Shown here piece after piece: positions 47,342 through 56,719 of a DNA stretch of 64,000 nt (position 1 is the first letter of the stretch; the number at the start of each line of letters is the position of its first letter). The stretch lies in the sequence record OP310983.1. One strand, written 5' to 3'. Under the pieces are notes generated by a model that searched no databases, had not been told where the DNA came from, and worked only from the letters and a program-made list of their open reading frames with translations. The position numbers and the translations under genes were made by a program.

Positions 47342-47380
47342 TTATGTGGGGGGGACCCTTTGGGGGGGTCCCATATAATA
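47342..47380. other. G7-ACCCTTT-G7 element: hairpin / potential G-quadruplex
   Basis: TTATGTGGGGGGGACCCTTTGGGGGGGTCCCATATAATA in an AT-rich intergenic region. Confidence 0.6.
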
Positions 47381-47510
47381 TTCCTTATTATTAGAGAAGG
47401 GGTATAACCCATCCTTAGTTCGAGAATCTATTACTTTTAGTAATAAGGGATTGGCTATAAAAAGCCAATACCGTTTAATTTGAAAATAGAAAAATTGGAA
47501 AAAATGAAAA

Positions 47511-48023
47511 ATGACTGAACAGAAAGATTACACTCTAGTACGTACTCCACTAACTCATGATGAACTAAAGAAAGCATTTAAAGAAGATAACATTCATGCA
47601 TCTGATGTTCAACTAGATAGGTTAGTTAGGTTATCTGAAGAAGTATGCAGTGTTAAAGGTAATTATAACATTCGTCCTTTAGCTAACACAAAAGGTATGG
47701 TATTTGAATTCACTAACAAAGATGGTGAGATCATTGCATTAATTCCTTTTGATATTTCTAAAGAACGTAAAAATGCCAAAATCCCAAAAACGAAATGGCT
47801 TACTGAACTTCTAAGTATTTACCGTTATAAAGTCAGTAAGATTGAAGTTAAGAATGTACTAAACATGATTATTGATTGTGTTAAGTCCGGTGGCACTTGG
47901 CAAACCTATATGTGTCGAGATAAGCTTGCAATTGAATTTAAATCAGATATTGGTAAAGTGGTTAATGAATTAATTGTTCATCAAGAACGAACTCATGAAG
48001 AGATCGTTACTTTTAAGCACTAA
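47511..48023 (+). CDS. hypothetical protein upstream of phuZ (gp38-like), possible internal duplication
   Basis: 170 aa, basic; GMVFEFTNKDGEII and KLAIEFKSDIGKVV end two similar halves. Confidence 0.8.
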   Translation: MTEQKDYTLVRTPLTHDELKKAFKEDNIHASDVQLDRLVRLSEEVCSVKGNYNIRPLANTKGMVFEFTNKDGEIIALIPFDISKERKNAKIPKTKWLTELLSIYRYKVSKIEVKNVLNMIIDCVKSGGTWQTYMCRDKLAIEFKSDIGKVVNELIVHQERTHEEIVTFKH

Positions 48024-48073
48024 TACCATTTACAAGTTGGTATATGAATTTATATTAAACACAATGAGGTGTA

Positions 48074-49057
48074 ATGATGTCTAAAGTAAAAACTCGAATT
48101 TACTTTTGTGGTGGTGCTGGTTTCCGTATTGGTGAACTATTCCATGGTTATCATGAGGATGTTTGCTACATTGATACCAGTGTACAAAATAAACACAAAC
48201 ACAATACTGACGATAATACGATCATTATTGAAGCGGATACTAAGCTAGCTGACCAGACCGCACGTAAACGTGCTATCGGTATGGGTAAAGATCGTAAGGC
48301 AGCCGCAGAACTAATCTCTTCACACATTCCTGCCATTGCCCATCATTTCCCAGCAGGGGATGCTAACATTGTAGTGTATTCAATGGGTGGTGCTTCTGGT
48401 TCAACTATTGGTCCTTCCCTTGTCAGTCATCTACAACAACAAGGTGAAGTAGTTGTAAGTGTGGTCATTGGATCTTACGACAGTGATATTAGTCTTCGAA
48501 ATAGTAGTGGTAGCCTTAAGACGTTTGAAGGGGTTTCCTCTGTTAGTAAAGTTCCGATGATTATTAACTATCATGAGAATGTTGAAGGTGTACCGCAATC
48601 AATGGTGAACCAAAACATTCTTGAAGTACTAAATGCACTAGTAATTCTATTTAATCAAGAACACCAAAGTCTTGATCTAATGGATATCACTAACTGGGCA
48701 CACTTCCATAAGCACCATGATGTACCTGTACAGACTGTCCAATTACACGTGTGTTTCGATCGTCAAGAAGCTCAGGCTATTCTGGATCCAATTTCTATTG
48801 CTTCACTATACACTGATCCTGATCGCGATGTATCAATTAGTACAGTTCTAACTCGTACTACTGGTTATGCTGATCCTGAAAAATATGATTTCGATCAAAT
48901 GCATTTTGTGATCAATGGCCTATCTATTGAAGATATTCGTAAGCGATTAGAAGAACGTCGTGAAATGATGAATCGAGCCAAAGCTAATATGCGTAAGCGT
49001 CAGTCTACTCTAGATGTGGATGACCAAGCAACTAGTAGTGGTCTTGTATTCGATTAA
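48074..49057 (+). CDS. phuZ: phage tubulin PhuZ/TubZ (gp39)
   Basis: CGGAG glycine loop, tubulin signature SMGGASGST, acidic C-terminal tail LDVDDQATSSGLVFD; recognised phiKZ TubZ sequence. Confidence 0.97.
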   Translation: MMSKVKTRIYFCGGAGFRIGELFHGYHEDVCYIDTSVQNKHKHNTDDNTIIIEADTKLADQTARKRAIGMGKDRKAAAELISSHIPAIAHHFPAGDANIVVYSMGGASGSTIGPSLVSHLQQQGEVVVSVVIGSYDSDISLRNSSGSLKTFEGVSSVSKVPMIINYHENVEGVPQSMVNQNILEVLNALVILFNQEHQSLDLMDITNWAHFHKHHDVPVQTVQLHVCFDRQEAQAILDPISIASLYTDPDRDVSISTVLTRTTGYADPEKYDFDQMHFVINGLSIEDIRKRLEERREMMNRAKANMRKRQSTLDVDDQATSSGLVFD

Positions 49058-49110
49058 CTTATACTGGAGCCCTTCGGGGCTCCTTTTATTTTTTTGTAAC
49101 GAGGTGTAAT

Positions 49111-49593
49111 ATGAAACCAGTAAATACAGTTACTTATATTCCTTTGCATGTAGCTGAATCATTTTATTCCCCTAGAAATATGATCTGTCTACTGGAGAAA
49201 GGTAGAGTCCCACTTTATTCAGCAAAACATCTTAATTATTTACGTATCAATGTTGATGACATTGAGGATTATGTTGATTCTTCTTATGATCTATTTGATC
49301 ATCGGCATGCACAACGTATTATTTCCTTCTGTGAAGCTCTTGGTAAGGGTCAACACCTATTCGTACACTGTGAGGCAGGTATTAGCCGATCGGCTGCTGT
49401 AGCTAAGTTTCTGTGCGATAAAATGGGATTCATTCATGTACCGCATAATCCATCTTTATTTAATTTTGATGGTTACAATGGTCACATTTATGGAGTTTTA
49501 TGTAATGCTAAAGCAGGGAAGCTTTATTATGACGATAGAGCCGATGGTATTTTTATGGGTAAAGTAAATCAGAATTTTGCAGATATTAAATAA
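49111..49593 (+). CDS. protein-tyrosine/dual-specificity phosphatase-like protein
   Basis: CX5R motif LFVHCEAGISRSAAVA, with an upstream general-acid-like VDD. Confidence 0.8.
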   Translation: MKPVNTVTYIPLHVAESFYSPRNMICLLEKGRVPLYSAKHLNYLRINVDDIEDYVDSSYDLFDHRHAQRIISFCEALGKGQHLFVHCEAGISRSAAVAKFLCDKMGFIHVPHNPSLFNFDGYNGHIYGVLCNAKAGKLYYDDRADGIFMGKVNQNFADIK

Positions 49594-49632
49594 CTAGCGA
49601 TAATTAATAATCTGTATATTAGGAGATAACCG

Positions 49633-50106
49633 ATGGCAAAGAACACTGCTAAAAAGCTCGACGAGCAAATGGCAGCTGAACTTGATCTGACGTTATCTCC
49701 GTTTACTATGGTTCTGAAACACGTAGTTCGTCTCCCCAACATAGTTGAGGGATTTATCTTTGTAATGGTTAAGGATGGAATTATTAGCTATGATCGGGTA
49801 GACAAATGGGCTGAAGTAAACGGGATGCGTTTGCGAGTTCCTCGTTTCAAATCGCATTCGGTTATTGAGAAGCGGTTAAACGATAAGCTGTATAGACGTT
49901 GGTATGTTTGGGGGAATGGTATTTTATATCCATTACAAACATCCAAGGTTGAAGATTTAAAAGATAATTTCTATTTCAAGATTGACAGTAACCCCCACTG
50001 TTGTACCATCCACATTCCAAATATTGATGCAGACAGTATACGAAATAATACATTACCATTTTTCGAAAGAGTCCACCCTGGATGGGGTGTTATATTAACT
50101 AATTGA
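49633..50106 (+). CDS. hypothetical protein
   Basis: 157 aa, AGGAG RBS. Confidence 0.85.
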   Translation: MAKNTAKKLDEQMAAELDLTLSPFTMVLKHVVRLPNIVEGFIFVMVKDGIISYDRVDKWAEVNGMRLRVPRFKSHSVIEKRLNDKLYRRWYVWGNGILYPLQTSKVEDLKDNFYFKIDSNPHCCTIHIPNIDADSIRNNTLPFFERVHPGWGVILTN

Positions 50107-50435
50107 GATTTACGTATATGCTATTATTGATTGATTATCCTGAGGTTAAGGAACTGGCAGATTATGTAATGTCTGAATTTGAACAATATCCTAAATTAGT
50201 TAGTGGTTCTATTCTTTCACTTGAACACCACACTAAAGGATCATTTGATTTTATCTGGAGATATGACGGATGTGTTGATATTAGATATAAAAATCATATC
50301 TGTGGGACTATTACATTTATGGGTTCATATCCAACTTATTTAACTTATAAAAATGTTATTACCATCAATGTCCAAGATATGATTATTTCATTAACAGATA
50401 TCGAGAAATCATTATGTCAACAGTTGCTCAGTTAA
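50103..50435 (+). CDS. hypothetical protein
   Basis: 110 aa, coupled TTG start. Confidence 0.7.
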   Translation: MRFTYMLLLIDYPEVKELADYVMSEFEQYPKLVSGSILSLEHHTKGSFDFIWRYDGCVDIRYKNHICGTITFMGSYPTYLTYKNVITINVQDMIISLTDIEKSLCQQLLS

Positions 50436-50701
50436 GTATTTATGTAAAACAGTTTGTTCGTCTTAATCTTAAAGATGAGGATGTTATTTTAGCCGATGGC
50501 GAGAAATGGAATATTTTTGTTTTAAATAAAAATAAACTATTGATCCGTGATAGTGATCGAATAGCAGTTACAACTATCGATTATGATTCATTCGGTAAGA
50601 TTATTAAGATTGATCATTCTGATTTTGTCAATAGTTCCATGGCAACTGATAAGGCATATGAGGTATTAAAAACATATATAGCTCATCGCTATGGGGTTTA
50701 A
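50414..50701 (+). CDS. hypothetical protein
   Basis: 95 aa, overlapping operon arrangement. Confidence 0.7.
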   Translation: MSTVAQLSIYVKQFVRLNLKDEDVILADGEKWNIFVLNKNKLLIRDSDRIAVTTIDYDSFGKIIKIDHSDFVNSSMATDKAYEVLKTYIAHRYGV

Positions 50702-50726
50702 TAAATATTTAAATACATTTAAAGGC

Positions 50727-50734
50727 TATATTAC
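50727..50734 (+). promoter_or_regulatory. early promoter (TATATTAC)
   Basis: Exact motif with TTTAAA context upstream of the AAAGGA RBS at about 50757. Confidence 0.7.
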
Positions 50735-50768
50735 AAACATGATAATAATCCATGTTAAAGGAATAATC

Positions 50769-50996
50769 ATGAATAGCCTTGCATATAAAACAACTGTTGT
50801 ATTCGGTAAGACATATCGCGTAACAGGTAACAAAGCATTTATATCCATTCTAGATTCACGTGGCAATATTTGCTTTGAATTAAATATCGTTGAAAAGAAA
50901 GCATGTCAACCGTGTAATAACTTTAGACGGTATTGTTCAGGTATTGGTATTGCACCTGGTGATCTCATCAAAAAGATTCTCAACAGTATTAATTGA
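50769..50996 (+). CDS. small early protein (start refined to MNSLAYK)
   Basis: RBS AAAGGA; contains a CQPC motif. Confidence 0.7.
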   Translation: MNSLAYKTTVVFGKTYRVTGNKAFISILDSRGNICFELNIVEKKACQPCNNFRRYCSGIGIAPGDLIKKILNSIN

Positions 50997-51104
50997 TGAT
51001 GGGTTATACCAGTATGTTTTTAAATATAGTGTTATTTAGATATTATCTTAATGGCATAAGCCCTCCCGCAATGGGAGGGCATTATGTCTTTTTTTTTATT
51101 TTTT

Positions 51105-51914
<810 letters not shown>

Positions 51915-52041
51915 CTATAATGCGCTGTACGCGTTTTTTCGATGGAGATAATACCCAACTAAGGTATAATATACATCGGCTTACCACGAACAGATTTGAC
52001 TAAAAATATTTTTAGATCTATATCATGTTCCTGAACATTTA

Positions 52042-52470
52042 ATGAGAGATTGTACTGTGACTACTCCCCAAGTAGCTGACCTGTATGTAATAGATGTAAC
52101 GAGGGTGATAGCCAAGTTAGTACCAAGATCGCCAAAAGAGCTAATAAATGCTCGTTTAGCAATTAGGTGCCAAAGCTTTGGAATACATCCAGATGACTAT
52201 GGTACATTAGAGCATATATTTAAATCAGTAGAGGACAGCTTAATTGATGACTTCTTTAAATATTCTATTGACTCTTTTGAATTCATGTATACTACTGGAT
52301 ATAATCCAATAAATAACACCCCTCAAGAAATCCAATGGTTTCATGATAATCATGAGGCCGCATCTGATCTTTGGGATATATTAAAAATTATACCTAGAGT
52401 AAATGCAGGTAAGTTTGTAATATTTTATCGGTTAAAGAACACAGTTTGGATCGCTATTCCAAAAAATTAA
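52042..52470 (+). CDS. hypothetical protein
   Basis: 142 aa; TATATCAT promoter-like motif upstream. Confidence 0.8.
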   Translation: MRDCTVTTPQVADLYVIDVTRVIAKLVPRSPKELINARLAIRCQSFGIHPDDYGTLEHIFKSVEDSLIDDFFKYSIDSFEFMYTTGYNPINNTPQEIQWFHDNHEAASDLWDILKIIPRVNAGKFVIFYRLKNTVWIAIPKN

Positions 52471-52483
52471 TTGGAGAAATATA

Positions 52484-53557
52484 ATGTCGAATAAGCTCAT
52501 TGTACTTGATACGCGCCACCAAGAAAAAGCAATATACGATTTACTAGGTCAGCTTACAGCTTCAGCTTCAATTGATGAAGCGATTGGGGTGAAATTGAGT
52601 AAAGATGTGGCTCAACAGTTTTTACATCTAATGGTTGAAAATATAGTAGAGAGTTTAGTTTCATATAAAACAGCCAAAGACCAGTACACCAATCTTAAGA
52701 TGGCAGCAGCTATTTTTAATTGTGCTGTAACTGACGTAGATAGTAATAAAGTTGCTTGGGTAGAAAATCTAATGAAACTACCTTATCTAGAAACTATCTA
52801 TCTAGATATCTATAAACAAGTAGCTAAATATATCGATAGCGGTACATGGATCCAATGGGATGTAGTTAAAGCTGGTTCAGTTATAACTTTAATCAGTGGC
52901 AAAGATTATCGTATCGCGGAATATGATCGTGTCCATGGGATTGATAATGGTGATGATCATGCAGTGGTATCACTTAACCTACTGAACCCATTAAACTATT
53001 TATTTAGTGAATTTCTCCGTACATTCTTCCATGGCTTTGACAGAATTAATTTACAAACACTAGGTTATAGTATCTACGAATCTAGGCGTAAAACTCAGCT
53101 ATCTCTTGCTAATGGTGGTAGCTATACTTTAAATAAAGACCACATCACCACTAACCATGCATATAACATCGCAGTAGAATATATTCAAGAACAGTTAACT
53201 GCATTACTTATTGGTGTAATTGTTAAACAATATAGTAATATTAAAGTATCTTATCTAATACCTAAGGTTAACCATGATTTCTTTGCAAGTTTAGGACTTG
53301 ATAATTTATTACTATTTGAAGAGAAATATATTAGCCCTCTAGTTAGTTCTATTAACATGGCATATTTTTCAACCAGAATTGAGCATGACGTTAAGTATGA
53401 ACTAGAGTATCATAGCTATGTAATTTCTGTATACAAGAATAAGAATGCAACTTATCCTATTGAGAAATTAGTATTTGAATATCAACGTGGTGATTATTTA
53501 CCTGATGATCAGCGAGCGCAAGCTGAGCGATACATTTTAGAAAATAATCTATACTAA
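52484..53557 (+). CDS. conserved hypothetical protein
   Basis: 357 aa, GGAG RBS; SGKDYRIAEYDR motif. Confidence 0.85.
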   Translation: MSNKLIVLDTRHQEKAIYDLLGQLTASASIDEAIGVKLSKDVAQQFLHLMVENIVESLVSYKTAKDQYTNLKMAAAIFNCAVTDVDSNKVAWVENLMKLPYLETIYLDIYKQVAKYIDSGTWIQWDVVKAGSVITLISGKDYRIAEYDRVHGIDNGDDHAVVSLNLLNPLNYLFSEFLRTFFHGFDRINLQTLGYSIYESRRKTQLSLANGGSYTLNKDHITTNHAYNIAVEYIQEQLTALLIGVIVKQYSNIKVSYLIPKVNHDFFASLGLDNLLLFEEKYISPLVSSINMAYFSTRIEHDVKYELEYHSYVISVYKNKNATYPIEKLVFEYQRGDYLPDDQRAQAERYILENNLY

Positions 53558-53606
53558 ATAAAGCCCTCCTTATGGGGGGCTTTATACCGATTATAAGGTT
53601 TTTATA

Positions 53607-53996
53607 ATGAACATATCTAATGATAAAGACACATCAATGTGTATCAGAATGGAAGTAAGATCTTTTGTACAAGATCAACATTCTGATATTTGGAAATCTA
53701 TAAAAAATAGTATTGGTGCAGAATATGCATTAACAATTGTATTGGCAGCAGCGTCTGAGAGGGCATCGGGTAGCACATCTAATGATGTCATAGAACTAAT
53801 TAATCAGATGCTGGGTTATAGGGATATTTGTGATATTGATTTAACAACTTATCTGTATAATTGTTCTAACCGGGTAGTTCTACCATCAGCTGGTAACATC
53901 CAGTTAAATAGGGTTATTTATGATACTGAGAAACCAGAAGATCTATACGTCACCATTACCCACACCACAACCTCGTTTTTTACTAAGAGCGACTAA
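53607..53996 (+). CDS. hypothetical protein
   Basis: 129 aa. Confidence 0.75.
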   Translation: MNISNDKDTSMCIRMEVRSFVQDQHSDIWKSIKNSIGAEYALTIVLAAASERASGSTSNDVIELINQMLGYRDICDIDLTTYLYNCSNRVVLPSAGNIQLNRVIYDTEKPEDLYVTITHTTTSFFTKSD

Positions 53997-54372
53997 AAGT
54001 AAACTTATTAAAGATGATAACTATCTAAGATTTGTATTGGACTTTTTAGATATTAGTTATATCGAAGCAATGCATTTGCTTGTTGCATTGGCAGAACAGA
54101 AGCTTATGCAAATGGTCGTTAAAGAAGAAATGTTCTATGAATATGCTAAAGACATTCATTTCATGCATAAACTAATAGAACTTCTCGATGAGGGTGCTGA
54201 GCAGATCATGCACCTCATTCCAACAAATACTAAGGAACTGTGGTATGAAACAGAAGCACGAGATGGATTGTACATCGGAGGAAGTACAACGTCTGGTATA
54301 TGTATTGCCAATCGAAGTGGTATTCCCACAATTAATCACATTGATAAAGAAATTTACTTACCTAACAAATAA
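53920..54372 (+). CDS. hypothetical protein
   Basis: 150 aa, overlaps the upstream gene by 77 nt; start uncertain. Confidence 0.7.
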   Translation: MILRNQKIYTSPLPTPQPRFLLRATKSKLIKDDNYLRFVLDFLDISYIEAMHLLVALAEQKLMQMVVKEEMFYEYAKDIHFMHKLIELLDEGAEQIMHLIPTNTKELWYETEARDGLYIGGSTTSGICIANRSGIPTINHIDKEIYLPNK

Positions 54373-54703
54373 AGATGAAGCTACAGTCATCGTCTTATTA
54401 ACTCAATGGGTTGTTAAGATGATGTCTAAATTACAACAGGATAATACGGTTATTCCTTTTGTGGATATATCAATACAACTAGGAAATGGTCCAGATTGGG
54501 ATGAGTTCATTAATTTGTTCTATACAACTGGAATCCAATTACTACATAGAACACCGAAGAATTTAATAGACTATAAGTTCATTAGTGTAATAGATAACAA
54601 AGTTGTTCTATTAACTATAGTCACTGGTAAAGAGTGGAGTCAATATGCAATTGTTGCTAATTTTGAAACCGCGTTCTTTTACGGAAGAGCTAGGTGTAGA
54701 TGA
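54341..54703 (+). CDS. hypothetical protein (start refined to TTG 54341)
   Basis: In frame with track ORF 54188-54703; the TTG start removes most of the overlap. Confidence 0.65.
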   Translation: MIKKFTYLTNKDEATVIVLLTQWVVKMMSKLQQDNTVIPFVDISIQLGNGPDWDEFINLFYTTGIQLLHRTPKNLIDYKFISVIDNKVVLLTIVTGKEWSQYAIVANFETAFFYGRARCR

Positions 54704-55079
54704 ACCGACTGACTTTGTACTGTGGTGTATCAATAGACTTCTAGCAGCATATGTAGAATACTTTAACCACTGGCAGAGATTAGATTGGCCTACCTTTTTA
54801 GAGCAATGGTTAGAAGATTACTTAAGCGATACCTATATAGAACCAGATAGACCGATGAGCATGATGGTATTTGATCATCAGGGAAATCCTAATACTATCA
54901 ATTGGCACTTAAGATCTGCTGAGATTATCGAAAGGGTATTGGATTTATTTGGAACTGATTTCTTAGAGATAATCCAAAAACAAGTTATTCAAGCAGGTAA
55001 TCTTATTACTAGTCTTAAATGTATAGAAGTAGATAAATATAAGATGGTAACTAAATTAGTTATGAGGTCTCAAACATGA
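54645..55079 (+). CDS. hypothetical protein
   Basis: 144 aa, GGAG RBS. Confidence 0.75.
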   Translation: MQLLLILKPRSFTEELGVDEPTDFVLWCINRLLAAYVEYFNHWQRLDWPTFLEQWLEDYLSDTYIEPDRPMSMMVFDHQGNPNTINWHLRSAEIIERVLDLFGTDFLEIIQKQVIQAGNLITSLKCIEVDKYKMVTKLVMRSQT

Positions 55080-55612
55080 TGCATCCACTTCTTTATAGAC
55101 AACAAGAAATGCAGCGGATAAATGATGCTAATAACATAACTCCAGGCCAACAAGGAATGACGAGTTTCGTAGTTATTAACATCAGTGATATCTGGCCCAT
55201 TGTTAATAAAATGGCTGATGTAGTTGTCAATAAGTCTTACAATACTCCTTACCCATATACTGAACACCAATCTATAGAACAGTTATGGTATCAGGCGATT
55301 AATGCATATATTGAATTTCTAGCACAACAGCCTACTCAACCAATTATAGGGGTTGACTATTATTTACAAGAATACTTTCCATCAGTAGCGCCTGTGATTA
55401 TGCAAGATAAATATGCATTGAGTATTCTTAATATGTGGTTTGCAGCTGTGTGTAAAACACTGGCTAGTAAACTACAATCTGAAATAGCGTATCTTTATCA
55501 GAATGGATATGGTGTAGAAAGAATCCAATCAATAGCAGTTGATCAACATAATCAAGGTTATATTCTAGAAGGTGAAGACTTTGGTATGGACTGCTACAAT
55601 GATGTGGATTAA
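55076..55612 (+). CDS. hypothetical protein
   Basis: 178 aa, ATGA coupling. Confidence 0.8.
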   Translation: MMHPLLYRQQEMQRINDANNITPGQQGMTSFVVINISDIWPIVNKMADVVVNKSYNTPYPYTEHQSIEQLWYQAINAYIEFLAQQPTQPIIGVDYYLQEYFPSVAPVIMQDKYALSILNMWFAAVCKTLASKLQSEIAYLYQNGYGVERIQSIAVDQHNQGYILEGEDFGMDCYNDVD

Positions 55613-55684
55613 GTGACACATATTAACAATTGACGTAAATAGGAAAGCCTATCGGTTCACATAGGCTTCCTACTAGGAACCGAT

Positions 55685-56068
55685 ATGGAAAAACGAGTAT
55701 TTATCGTATTTAAATCTAAAGAGTCAGAAATATATTCGCAACATTTGCTTCGTGAATATACAAAACGAATGATATATCCAGATTGTCCAACACCACTTGA
55801 TTTATTTGAAGAATCACGTAAGTTAAGTTATATGGATACGCTTAATAATGACATATATATCCATATGCTGATGTATGGACATGACTCATTTGATGATCCT
55901 GACGAAGATATTGAGTTAGAGAATTATTCTACTAAAGGATATGTTATTGAATATTGTACCGACTTTATCAATAGCTTTAAAGAAAAATATCCAAATGGAC
56001 ATGTATTAATTACAGTGCCAATGGATACAAAAGGTCTGTTTGGTGTAGTTGTATTACTAGATGAGTAA
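55685..56068 (+). CDS. hypothetical protein
   Basis: 127 aa, AGGA RBS. Confidence 0.8.
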   Translation: MEKRVFIVFKSKESEIYSQHLLREYTKRMIYPDCPTPLDLFEESRKLSYMDTLNNDIYIHMLMYGHDSFDDPDEDIELENYSTKGYVIEYCTDFINSFKEKYPNGHVLITVPMDTKGLFGVVVLLDE

Positions 56069-56093
56069 TACCCTATGTAACCAACTATTTTAG

Positions 56094-56519
<426 letters not shown>

Positions 56520-56719
56520 CTATAAAGGAGCCATTATGGCTCCTTTTATGTTGTATTATTTTTACTTGCTTACATCATCTAATGTGAATGTAAGTTGATG
56601 TGCTACCTCTCAATTTAGGGTGCCCGTATAGGGTACCCATTCTTTCCTTTTCTTTTTTAGTTAAAGAGAGAGAAATCATTCACTATAATTAAAAATAAGT
56701 ATACTGAGAGATATGTGAA

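Noticed and set aside
54188-54340. 185-nt overlap suggesting programmed frameshifting between adjacent genes
   Set aside because: An in-frame TTG at 54341 gives a normal short overlap, and no slippery heptamer was seen.
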